64,000 nucleotides of DNA, from contig CAVXOX010000008.1 of the NCBI GenBank assembly GCA_963763535.1, positions 963,975 to 1,027,974 on the forward strand. The letters are read 5' to 3'. Shown piece after piece: positions 1-8,397 of the stretch. This DNA comes from an uncultured Acidobacteriota bacterium (GTDB lineage: Bacteria > Acidobacteriota > Thermoanaerobaculia > UBA5066 > Gp7-AA6). The translations under genes were made by a program, and so were the position numbers. Position 1 is the stretch's first letter; every line of letters starts with the position of its first letter. The notes under the pieces are model-generated. The model worked only from the letters and a program-made list of their open reading frames with translations. It was not told the DNA's origin and did no database searches.

Positions 1-599
1 CCGAGGAGCCAGGGATCGCCCGGGGCCTCGATCGCCTCGGGGAGACCGTCCGGCGCGATGGCCGCCACGGAGAGGCCGCGCCCGAGGTCCTCGATCGCCT
101 GGTGGTGTCGGCTGTTGACGCTCGGCTCACCCGGGCCCGCGACGGCCGCGAGCAGGGTTCGCGCGGTGATCGAGACGGCGTGGTCGCGCCGCGTCTTCTC
201 GTCGCGAGCGCGCTGATGGACGACCGGCGAGGGACGCTCGCTCGGTATGTCCTGGACGAGCGTGCCCCCGAAGGACACGTTGACGACCTGCAGCCCGCGG
301 CAGATCCCGAAGACGGGTACGCCGGCGCGCCGCGCGTCTTCGAACAGCCGGAAGTCGAGGGCATCTCGCTCCGGATCCACCTCCACCGTGCCGTTGTCGA
401 TGCGGACCCGGCCGTACCGCGCGGGATCCACGTCGCCGCCGCCGCCGAGGAGGAGCGCATCGAACGCGCCGGCCTCCGGCGCAAGCGGCGTGATGACCGT
501 GATCGCGCTCCGCGGCACGCCGGCGGCGAGGAGCGAGCGCACATAGTCGCTCGTCTCGGAAACGTCCGCGTCGCGGTCCAGCGTGACGGCGATCTTCAT
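1..599 (-). CDS. Class I glutamine amidotransferase-like hydrolase (peptidase C26 / gamma-glutamyl hydrolase family); its 3' end runs off the window
   Basis: Minus-strand translation from the ATG at 599 gives MKIAVTLDRDADVSETSDYV... with the GICRGLQ nucleophile motif (revcomp of about 300-330). The plus-strand ORF 102..623 is its Arg-rich antisense shadow. No stop is reached before position 1. Confidence 0.75.
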   Translation of the reverse strand, partial: MKIAVTLDRDADVSETSDYVRSLLAAGVPRSAITVITPLAPEAGAFDALLLGGGGDVDPARYGRVRIDNGTVEVDPERDALDFRLFEDARRAGVPVFGICRGLQVVNVSFGGTLVQDIPSERPSPVVHQRARDEKTRRDHAVSITARTLLAAVAGPGEPSVNSRHHQAIEDLGRGLSVAAIAPDGLPEAIEAPGDPWLL

Positions 600-679
600 G
601 GGGTCGGGTCTCTCAATGTGTGACTTTACACGGGGTGTCGCTTCGATCGGGCGCGCTCCAAAGCGCCAGGGTCACATTT

Positions 680-1870
680 TCAGAGACCTGACCCCATTTC
701 GAAGAGGACGGCCATGCCCATGCCGCCGGAGACGCACAGCGTCGCGATGCCGCGCCGGGCGCCGCGGCGCTTCATCTCGTGGAGGAGCGTCGTGGAGATG
801 CGCGCGCCGGTCGCTCCGATCGGATGGCCGAGCGCGATCGCGCCGCCGTTGACGTTGACGCGCGCGAGGTCGATCGGGAGGTCGCGCGCGCACGCGAGAA
901 CCTGCGCCGCGAAGGCCTCGTTGAGCTCGATCAGGTCGACGTCCCCGGCGGCGAGCCCCGTCTTCTCGAGCAGCGCGCGCACCGCGGGCACGGGTCCGAT
1001 GCCCATGCGCGCGGGATCGACGCCGGCCGACGTCCACGCGACGACGCGCGCGAGCGGCTCGACGCCCGCGCGGCGGGCCGCCTCCTCGGTGCCGAGCACG
1101 AGCGCGGCCGCGCCGTCGGTGATGCCGGACGAGTTCCCCGCGTGGACGGTGCCCTGCGGGTCGAAGACGGGCGGCAGCTTCGCGAGCGTCTCCACCGTCG
1201 TGCCCGGCCGCGGGTGCTCGTCCTCGGCAACCTCGACGTCGCCTTTTCGGCCGGCGACCCGGACCGGGACGATCTCGTCGGCGAAACGCTTCTCGCGGAT
1301 CGCCGCGGCCGCCCGGCGCTGCGACTCGGCGGCATAGGCGTCCTGCGCCGCCCGCGAAATGCCGTACTCGCGCGCGAGCGTCTCGGCGGTCTCCCCCATC
1401 AGCTGGCCGCACAGAGGACAGAGGAAGCCGTCCCGGTACATGCCGTCGACGACCTCGGCGTCGCCCATCCGCAGCCCGAAGCGGACGCGCGGCAGGAGGT
1501 AGGGCGTCGCCGACATGCACTCGGTGCCGCCCGCGAGCACGACCTCGTTCTCGCCCGCGCCGATCGTCAGGGCGCCGAGCGTGATCGCCTTCAGCGAGGA
1601 CGCGCAGGCCTTGTTGACCGTGAACGCGGGGACCGCGTCCGGCACGCCCGCCCGCCGCGAGACCTGGCGGGCCGTGTTGGGGCCCCCGCCGGCCTGCCGG
1701 GCGTGGCCGAAGATCGTCTCGGTCACGGCGTCAGCCGGGAGGCCCGAGCGCTCGACCGCGGCCCGCGCCGCCGCGCCCCCGAGCTCCGCCGCGGACGATC
1801 GACCGCGAAGGGCACCGCCGAACTTGCCGATCGGCGTGCGGACGGCGGACAGAACGTAAACCGGGCGCAT
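680..1870 (-). CDS. Acetyl-CoA C-acetyltransferase (thiolase II)
   Basis: 396-aa ORF with thiolase hallmarks: N-terminal VRTPIGKFGG, catalytic Cys in NKACASSLKA, C-terminal GHPIGATGARI and CVSGGMGMA. Confidence 0.9.
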   Translation of the reverse strand: MRPVYVLSAVRTPIGKFGGALRGRSSAAELGGAAARAAVERSGLPADAVTETIFGHARQAGGGPNTARQVSRRAGVPDAVPAFTVNKACASSLKAITLGALTIGAGENEVVLAGGTECMSATPYLLPRVRFGLRMGDAEVVDGMYRDGFLCPLCGQLMGETAETLAREYGISRAAQDAYAAESQRRAAAAIREKRFADEIVPVRVAGRKGDVEVAEDEHPRPGTTVETLAKLPPVFDPQGTVHAGNSSGITDGAAALVLGTEEAARRAGVEPLARVVAWTSAGVDPARMGIGPVPAVRALLEKTGLAAGDVDLIELNEAFAAQVLACARDLPIDLARVNVNGGAIALGHPIGATGARISTTLLHEMKRRGARRGIATLCVSGGMGMAVLFEMGSGL

Positions 1871-1914
1871 GAGGGGCGAATTCTAAGGGATACGGGGAGA
1901 AGGAGAGGCGCCCC

Positions 1915-2793
1915 TCACACGACCGGCAGCCGCACCGTGAACGTCGATCCCTTCCCGAGCGCGCTCTCCGCCGTCACGCGGCCCTTGTGGGCCTCGACGA
2001 TCCATCGCACGATCGAGAGACCGAGGCCCGAGCCGCCCGGGTTCGTGCGGCGCGAGCCCTTGCTCCGGAAGAAGCGCTCGAAGACGTAGGGGAGATCGTC
2101 CTCGGGGATGCCGATCCCGGTATCCGACACCGCCACGATCGCCTCGCCGGGCGCGGAGCCCACGCGCACGTGCACGCGCCCGCCCGGCTCGCTGTACTGC
2201 AGCGCGTTCTCGATGAGGTTGTGCAGCACCTGCTGGAGCCGCCCGGAATCGGCGAAGACGTAGACCGCCCTGGGCGGGACGGCGGCCTCGAGCTGCAGCT
2301 GCCGGTCGGCGGCCGCGGGTGCGAGGTCGCGGACCGTCTCGGAGACGAAGCGCCCGAGGTCGAGGTTCGCGAACGAGAGCGTGACGCGCCCGCTCTCGCC
2401 GCGGGTCAGGAAGAGCAGGTTCTGCGAGATCCGCGTCAGGTGCCGCACCTCGAGGAGCGCGTTGCCGATCGCCTCGCGGTACTCCTCGGCCGGCCGCTCC
2501 TCCTCGAGCGCCACCTCGAGCGAGCCGCGCAGCACGGTCAGCGGCGTGCGGAGCTCGTGCGAGACGTCGGCGATGAATTGCTGCTGCTCCTTCTCGGACG
2601 CCGCGAGCGCGTCGAGCCGGCGATTCAGGCTCTCGGCGACGGCGCGCGCCTCGCCGACGAGGTCGTCCGCCGGGATGCGCAGCAGGGGCTGGTTCTCCGT
2701 CTGCGCGAGGCGCTCCTTCAGCTTCGCGAGCGAGCCCGGATCCGCCGGGACCGGCTCCGGCGCGGCCGGGCGGGAACGCGAAAAGAGCGCCAC
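1915..2793 (-). CDS. Sensor histidine kinase (HisKA + HATPase_c), cytoplasmic type
   Basis: 292 aa with an H-box SHELRTPLTVL, then N, G1 (DTGIGI) and G2 (GGSGLGLSIV) boxes. No TM segment. Lies immediately downstream of the response regulator. Confidence 0.85.
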   Translation of the reverse strand: MALFSRSRPAAPEPVPADPGSLAKLKERLAQTENQPLLRIPADDLVGEARAVAESLNRRLDALAASEKEQQQFIADVSHELRTPLTVLRGSLEVALEEERPAEEYREAIGNALLEVRHLTRISQNLLFLTRGESGRVTLSFANLDLGRFVSETVRDLAPAAADRQLQLEAAVPPRAVYVFADSGRLQQVLHNLIENALQYSEPGGRVHVRVGSAPGEAIVAVSDTGIGIPEDDLPYVFERFFRSKGSRRTNPGGSGLGLSIVRWIVEAHKGRVTAESALGKGSTFTVRLPVV

Positions 2794-2800
2794 GGGGACG

Positions 2801-3493
2801 TCAGCCCTCGGCCAGCGCGCCGGCGTCGCGGACGCGGTAGCCGACGCCGCGCACCGTCTCGATCAGCCGGCCGCGGTCGCCGCCGTCGATCTTCTTGCGG
2901 AGGGCGTTGATGTACACGTCGATGATGTTGGTCGAGAGATCGAACGAATCCTCCCAGATCCGCGCCTGGATCTCCGAGCGCGAGACGACCTTGCCGCGCC
3001 GCCGCAGCAGCAGCTCGAACAGCGCGCCCTCGCGCACCGTCAGGCGCACCGTCTCTTCGCCGCGCACGACCTCCCGCGACTCGGGCTCGTACGAGAGGTC
3101 GGGAAAGACGAGCGGACCGGGCTCCACCACCTCGACCCGGCGCAGCAGCGCGCGGATGCGGGCGAGGAGCTCCCGGAACGAGAACGGCTTGACGAGATAG
3201 TCGTCCGCGCCCGCGTCGAGGCCCTCGATCTTGTTCTCGGTCGTGTCGCGGGCGGTCAGCATCAGGACCTTCGAGCGGACGCCCCGCGTGCGGAGCTCGC
3301 GGCAGAGCTCGATGCCGTCGCGCGAGCCCGGCAGGAGCAGGTCCAGGATCACGAGGTCGGGCGACGTCGCCACGATGCGCTCGAGCGCCGTGTCGGTGTC
3401 GGCGGCGGCGTCGACGGCGTACCCCTTCTCCGTCAGTCCCTTCTTCAGGAACAGCGCGATCCGCTGCTCGTCCTCGACGACGAAGACCTTCAC
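2801..3493 (-). CDS. OmpR-family response regulator (receiver + winged-helix)
   Basis: GTG start at 3493 gives VKVFVVEDEQRIA..., a receiver aspartate (LVILDLLLPG), a conserved K (DYLVKPF) and a winged-helix C-terminus (TVRGVGYR). The track ORF 2801..3703 adds an Arg-rich N-extension I do not believe. Confidence 0.85.
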   Translation of the reverse strand: MKVFVVEDEQRIALFLKKGLTEKGYAVDAAADTDTALERIVATSPDLVILDLLLPGSRDGIELCRELRTRGVRSKVLMLTARDTTENKIEGLDAGADDYLVKPFSFRELLARIRALLRRVEVVEPGPLVFPDLSYEPESREVVRGEETVRLTVREGALFELLLRRRGKVVSRSEIQARIWEDSFDLSTNIIDVYINALRKKIDGGDRGRLIETVRGVGYRVRDAGALAEG

Positions 3494-3690
3494 GCGTCGT
3501 CTCCGTCGCGGTCCTCGGACTCCGGCTCCCCCCGCCGCGACCTCATGAACGAGACGATGAAGACCGACCCGGCGCCCGCCGCGAAACCGGCGGCGAAGGA
3601 GGAGGTCGGCTGGGGGGCCGCGACGGCGACGAGGGCGCCGACCGCCAGCAGCCCCAGGAGGAGCGGGCGCGAGACCTCGATCGGCGGCAC
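3490..3690 (-). CDS. Small single-pass membrane protein (66 aa) translationally coupled to the response regulator
   Basis: Hydrophobic stretch LLLGLLAVGALVAVAA. Its stop overlaps the RR start as GTGA (3493-3490). No homology recognised. Confidence 0.35.
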   Translation of the reverse strand: MPPIEVSRPLLLGLLAVGALVAVAAPQPTSSFAAGFAAGAGSVFIVSFMRSRRGEPESEDRDGDDA

Positions 3691-3754
3691 GGTGCGGAAT
3701 CATAGAAGAGCGCCGCGGTTATTATGACGGCCTTAAGAATAGGAGGATCGGACG

Positions 3755-4315
3755 ATGCAGAGATCCACCTGGGCCGCCCTCGGACTGACCGCCGCGCTCG
3801 CGACCGTCTCGGCGTGCGCGAGCTCGAAACCCGACCCCACGGCCCTGGCCATCATCGAGCCGAAGAGCGGCTCGAATGTCAGCGGGAAAGTCGTCTTCAC
3901 GCAGCTCCCGTCCGGGGAGACCCGCGTCGAGGCCACGATCCAGAACGCGACGCCCGGGAAGCACGGTTTCCACATCCACGAGAAGGGCGACTGCTCCGCG
4001 GCCGACGCCACCTCGGCCGGCGGCCACTTCAACGCGGCGGGGAACCCGCACGCCGGGCCATCGGACGCCAGGCGCCACAACGGCGACTTCGGCAACATCG
4101 AGATCGGCGCGGACGGCAAGGGCACCATGAAGATGACGACGAACATGCTGACCGTGCTGCCGGGTCCGGACTCCGTCGTCGGCAAGGCCGTGATCTTCCA
4201 CGACAAGGAGGACGACCTGAAGACGCAGCCGACGGGCAACGCGGGCGCGCGGTTCGGATGCGGCGTCGTGGTCGAGACGCCCACCGGCAACGCGTCCGAG
4301 ATCAAGGTTCGCTGA
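3755..4315 (+). CDS. sodC: Cu/Zn superoxide dismutase, lipoprotein form
   Basis: Signal plus lipobox (ATVSAC). Cu/Zn-SOD motifs GFHIHEKGDC, HFN, GNPHAGP, GDFGNI and a catalytic Arg in the NAGARFGCGVV region. Confidence 0.9.
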   Translation: MQRSTWAALGLTAALATVSACASSKPDPTALAIIEPKSGSNVSGKVVFTQLPSGETRVEATIQNATPGKHGFHIHEKGDCSAADATSAGGHFNAAGNPHAGPSDARRHNGDFGNIEIGADGKGTMKMTTNMLTVLPGPDSVVGKAVIFHDKEDDLKTQPTGNAGARFGCGVVVETPTGNASEIKVR

Positions 4316-4331
4316 CGCGGCGTCTTCCGGT

Positions 4332-5785
4332 TTGACGAAGCCGCCGTTCGACCTGCCTCCGGCGGAGCTGCGGCGGCTCGGCGCGCTCGCCGCGGATGCC
4401 GTGGCGTCGCACCGCGAGCGGCTGCTCGAGCGGCCGGTCTTCGGCAAGGTCGGCGCGGACGCGGCGCTCTTCGACGAGCCGCTGCCCGAGGACGGCCGGC
4501 CGTTCGAGGAGGTGCTCGCCTTCGTGCGCGAGCACGTGCTCCCCTTCCCGATGGGGAACTCGCACCCCCGCTTCTTCGGGTTCATCAACGCGACGGCCGA
4601 CCCGGTCGGCGCGATGGCCGACTGGCTCGCGGCGACGATGAACCCGAACTGCTGGGGCGGCGACCACGCCGCGATCCACGTCGAGGCGAGCGTCCTGCGC
4701 TGGATCGCCGGGATGATCGGCTACCCCGCGGACGCGGAGGGGATCCTCGTCTCGGGCGGCTCGATGGCGAACTTCACCGCGCTGGCCGCCGCTCGCCGCG
4801 CGATGACGCCGGGCAACGTGCGCGAGGACGGCCTCGCCGGCCCCGATCGGCCGCGGCTGACCGTGTACGCCTCGGACCAGGTCCACCACTGCGTCGACAA
4901 GGCGGTCGACCTGCTCGGGATCGGCACGGCGCAGCTTCGCAGGATCCCGACCGGCGACGACTTCCGGATGGACACCGCGGCGCTGGCGCGCGCGGTGGCG
5001 GCCGACCGCGCGGCGGGCTTCTCCCCCGCGATCGTCGTCGGCAATGCCGGGACGGTGAACACCGGCGCGATCGACCCGCTCGAGGCGATCGCGGACTTCT
5101 GCCGTAGCGAGGGGCTGTGGTTCCACGCCGACGGCGCGTACGGCGCACTCGCGTCGATGGTCCCGTCGGTGCGGCCGCTGTTCGCCGGCCTCGAGCGGGC
5201 GGACTCGCTCGCGACCGACCCGCACAAGTGGCTCTACGCGCCGTACGAGGTCGGCGCGACGTTCGTGCGCGAGCCGGGACGTCTCGCCGCCACGTTCCGG
5301 AAATTCCCCGAGTACCTCGCGTCCGATCCCGAGAGCCCGTTCCCGGGACCCGCCTGGTTCGCGGAGCGCGGCGTCGAGCTCTCGCGCGGGTTCAAGGCGC
5401 TCAAGGTCTGGATGGGGATGAAGACGCACGGCCGGCGCGCTTACGCGGCGCAGATCGAGAACGACATCCGGCTCGCGCGCTTCCTCGCGGACGAGGTCGA
5501 CCGGCGCCCGGACTTCGAGCGCCTCGCGGAGCCCGTCCTCTCGATCGCGAACTTCCGCTGGCGCCCGGCGGGGCGGCGATGTCCGACGCCGACCTCGACC
5601 GCGTGAACCGGAGGATCATCCACCGCCTCGTCGGCGACGGCTCCTTCTTCCTCGCGCCGACGATCCTGAAGGGAAGGACGACGCTCCGCGTCTCGATCAC
5701 GAACTTCCGGACCACGGAGTCAGACCTCCTCGCGCTCCTCGACGAGGTGGAGCGGGTCGGGAAAGAGATCGCCGGGTCGGTGTAG
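4332..5785 (+). CDS. Group II pyridoxal-dependent decarboxylase (aromatic-L-amino-acid / glutamate decarboxylase family); one apparent frameshift near 5570-5580
   Basis: 424-aa ORF with a SGGSMAN PLP region and the DPHKW lysine motif. The conserved C-terminus (MSDADLDRVNRRIIHRLVGDGSFFLAPT... to 5785) continues in another frame (ORF 5117..5785). One single-base indel in ccggcggggcggcgatg would restore the reading. Confidence 0.75.
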
Positions 5786-5805
5786 ATCGGGCGGGGACGA
5801 GCCCA

Positions 5806-5850
5806 CCCCTACGGCCTGTAGGGGCGCCCCTTGCGGGCGCCCGCGCGGCC
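5806..5850. repeat. REP-like palindromic element, copy 1 (CCCCTACggccTGTAGGGG + GGGCGCCCcttgcGGGCGCCC hairpins) between convergent genes
   Basis: Shares the core TGTAGGGGCG(G/C)CCCTTGCGG(G/C)CGCCC with the sites at 10984-11012 and 31451-31480. Confidence 0.6.
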
Positions 5851-6341
5851 TACGCCTTCCGTGCCTTCCACGCCTCGAGATTCCGCTCGATCTGGCGGGT
5901 GTGCTTCTCGAGGTGCTCGGCGTAGATCCGCAGCCAGTCCTCTCCGGAATATCTGCCCGACTCGGAGTGCGTCCCCGTGTTCGCCCACGCCGACTCCGGC
6001 AGCCGGCGCAGCAGCGGGACCGTGTTCGCCCGCACGGCCTCGGTCGTCGCGAGCGCGAGCTCGGGAGACGCGCCGTCGTAGTCGAGCTTTTCCGCCCAGC
6101 GGTCCTGGTCGTAGCCGAGGATCGTCGGATTGGCCTCGGAGGCGAGGAAGCGGATGCGCACGTAGGCGTTCGTCTCCGAATCCGCCGTGTGGCACACGAC
6201 CTCGTGCGCGGACCACTTGCCCGGGCCGGGGCGCCATTGCCGCGCGGGCTCGGGCACCTTCTCCCATGCCGCGCGCAGGTTGCGCGGGCCCTCTTCGTAG
6301 CGGCGAATCAGGGCTTCCCGGGCGGACGCGTCGAGCGCCAT
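5850..6341 (-). CDS. DinB/YfiT-like (DinB_2) metal-dependent hydrolase superfamily protein
   Basis: The ATG at 6341 has a perfect AAGGAGG RBS 6 nt upstream. Sequence MALDASAREALIRRYEEGPRNLRAAWEKVPE... with the WSAHEVVCH metal-binding His typical of DinB_2. The track ORF extends upstream into the cupin gene. Confidence 0.6.
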   Translation of the reverse strand: MALDASAREALIRRYEEGPRNLRAAWEKVPEPARQWRPGPGKWSAHEVVCHTADSETNAYVRIRFLASEANPTILGYDQDRWAEKLDYDGASPELALATTEAVRANTVPLLRRLPESAWANTGTHSESGRYSGEDWLRIYAEHLEKHTRQIERNLEAWKARKA

Positions 6342-6354
6342 TTCGTCCTCCTTC

Positions 6355-6678
6355 TCACCAGAGCGTTCCATCGAGCGAGACGACCGTCTCGCTTCCCAAC
6401 ACTTCCGCCGTGTGCCGGGTGTTCGCGGGCAGATAGATGCGATCGCCGGCGCCAAGATCGAAACTCTTTCCCGCGACGCTGACGCGCAGCACGCCCGCGA
6501 CGACCGCGTCGCACTTGGGCCGCGCATGCTCGTGCTCGGGGAACACGGTGCCGGGCCGGTAGCTGTACAGGAGCACCTCGTACCCCTCGAGCTCGAGCGC
6601 GCGCATCATCCGCTTCTCGGTGGGCTCGCCCTCCCCGCGCGGCCAGCGTTCGAGTCGGACACCGTCTTCGGGTTCCAC
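6355..6678 (-). CDS. Cupin-domain protein
   Basis: 107 aa with the cupin motifs PEHEH...P and G...L.V..G, and a C-terminal IYLPANTRH. Confidence 0.6.
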   Translation of the reverse strand: MEPEDGVRLERWPRGEGEPTEKRMMRALELEGYEVLLYSYRPGTVFPEHEHARPKCDAVVAGVLRVSVAGKSFDLGAGDRIYLPANTRHTAEVLGSETVVSLDGTLW

Positions 6679-6753
6679 GAGGCCCGCAGTCTATCGAGGG
6701 AAAAGAAAAGGGGGGCCGAGGCCCCCCATGGAGTGCGAAGGTCGAAGCGGGCG

Positions 6754-7032
6754 CTAGTAGCGACCGCGCCCGCCGCCGCCGCCGCTCTGGGTCTTGGGAC
6801 GCGCCTCGTTGACCGTCAACGCCCGTCCGCCGTATTCCTGGCCGGAGAGCGCCGAGATCGCGCTGCGCGCCTCGTCGTCGTTGCCGAACTCGACGAACCC
6901 GAAACCCTTCGAACGTCCGGTGTCGCGGTCGGTGATGATCGCCACCGAGGTGACCGCGCCATAGGTCGAGAAGAGGGAGCGGAGGTCGTCTTCCGTGGTG
7001 CTGTAGGGGAGGTTACCAACGTAAAGTTTCAT
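6754..7032 (-). CDS. RRM-type RNA-binding protein (glycine-rich C-tail)
   Basis: RNP-2 LYVGNL and RNP-1 KGFGFVEF motifs, GGGGGRGRY tail, about 190-bp 5' leader. Confidence 0.85.
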   Translation of the reverse strand: MKLYVGNLPYSTTEDDLRSLFSTYGAVTSVAIITDRDTGRSKGFGFVEFGNDDEARSAISALSGQEYGGRALTVNEARPKTQSGGGGGRGRY

Positions 7033-7221
7033 CGAAACAGAATCCTAAAACCGGCGTCACACCCTTCGGACCCAACCGCGCCGCTCGGCGAACCCGACTT
7101 CCCGTGTGATTCGTCGGACTTCAGCCAGCGCGGAAAGCGTGCACGGAAGGCGAGCGATTTACGAGAAGGCGCGCAGTATACAGCTCGCCGGAGGGCCTCG
7201 CAACCGCACCTTGAGGAATTC

Positions 7222-8217
7222 TTAAGCGGTCCGGCCGGGGCCGCTTCGGAGGTCGGCGAGTGCCATTCCGACCCACTTGCCGGTCATCTCCTTGCGCCAG
7301 AGGAACGAGAAGTCCGTGTTGTCCATCGGCCGGGAGACCACGGCCGCCGCCGCGGCCGCCTCGGCGATCGAGGCGTCGTCGAGGGTGCGGCCGGCGAGCG
7401 CGGCCTCGGCCCCGGACGCGCGCACCGGCGCGGAGGCGACGGCCCCGAGGACGATGCGGGACTCGGCCACCCGCTCCCCTTCCCGGCGGACGGCCGCGCC
7501 GACCGCGAGGACCGGGAAGTCGAAGCTCCCCCGCCGGCGCAGCTTCCGGTAGGACGCCGTCCAGCCGTCCGGCGCGGGCACGCGGATCTCCGTCAGGAGC
7601 TCGTCCGGCCGCTTCGTCAGGTAATGGATGCCGTCGTTGGCATAGAGCTCCTCGAGCGAAAGCTCCCGCTCTCCCTCCGCCGACGCGAGCACCGCCCGGG
7701 CCCGAAGGGCGATCAGGATGGGCACCGAGTCGGCCGACTGCACGGCGAGGCATCGCGGCGAGCCGGGCGCGACCCAGCAGATCGTGCCGTCCTTCTTCAT
7801 GCAGAAGTCGATCGCCTGGCGCCACTCGTAGTTCTGGTCGTAGTAGTTGCAGCGCGTGTCGAGGAGGACGTTGCCGCCGAGCGTCCCCATGTTGCGGAGC
7901 GGCGGCGTCGAGATCTCCGCGACGGCATGGACGAGCGCGGGATGGAGGCGGCGGGCCTTCCGGTGGCTCTCGATCTCCGAGAGCGGAACGGCCGCGCCGA
8001 TCGAGAGGCCGTCCGCGCCGGCGCGCAGCCGGGCGAGGCTCGGAATGCGCGAGAGGCCGATCACCGCCTTCGGGGTCTGCTGGCGGCGCTTCATGTTCGG
8101 GTAGAGATCCGTGCCGCCCGCGACGAACGCGGCGTCCTCGCCCTCCCCCGACTTGATGCGCAGGGCCTCCTTCACGCTCGTCGGCGCGAAGTAGCGGAAC
8201 CTGGGGAGTCGCATCAT
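7222..8217 (-). CDS. Molybdo-hydroxylase FAD-binding (medium) subunit, CoxM/XdhB family
   Basis: FAD-binding PCMH domain (AGGTDLYP, GTLGGNV) and a CO-dehydrogenase-flavoprotein C-terminal domain. Third gene of the S-L-M operon. Confidence 0.85.
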   Translation of the reverse strand: MMRLPRFRYFAPTSVKEALRIKSGEGEDAAFVAGGTDLYPNMKRRQQTPKAVIGLSRIPSLARLRAGADGLSIGAAVPLSEIESHRKARRLHPALVHAVAEISTPPLRNMGTLGGNVLLDTRCNYYDQNYEWRQAIDFCMKKDGTICWVAPGSPRCLAVQSADSVPILIALRARAVLASAEGERELSLEELYANDGIHYLTKRPDELLTEIRVPAPDGWTASYRKLRRRGSFDFPVLAVGAAVRREGERVAESRIVLGAVASAPVRASGAEAALAGRTLDDASIAEAAAAAAVVSRPMDNTDFSFLWRKEMTGKWVGMALADLRSGPGRTA

Positions 8218-8237
8218 GGGGCCAACTCCGGCGAACC

Positions 8238-8395
8238 TGTCATCCCGAGGCCCATAGGGCCGAGGGATCCCTTTAGAAGCCGCAGCCGGACTAAGAAAGG
8301 GATCCCTCGTCGCTCCGCTCCTCGGGATGACAAGACAACCTGCGCTCCTCGGGATGACGAAACGGCCAGCGCGCTCCTCGGCATGACCGGGACAG
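8238..8395. mobile_element. MITE-like double-palindrome element, copy A, with three tandem copies of its right terminus
   Basis: GTCATCCCGAGG...CGAGGGATCCCTTT...AAAGGGATCCCTCG...CTCGGGATGAC, followed by a reiterated cgctcctcgggatgac. Sits in the coxL-coxM intergenic region. Confidence 0.6.
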
Positions 8396-8397
8396 AT

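Noticed and set aside
102-623. Plus-strand 173-aa ORF at the window start
   Set aside because: The minus strand encodes a convincing class-I amidotransferase (MKIAVTLD... GICRGLQ). The plus ORF is its shadow.
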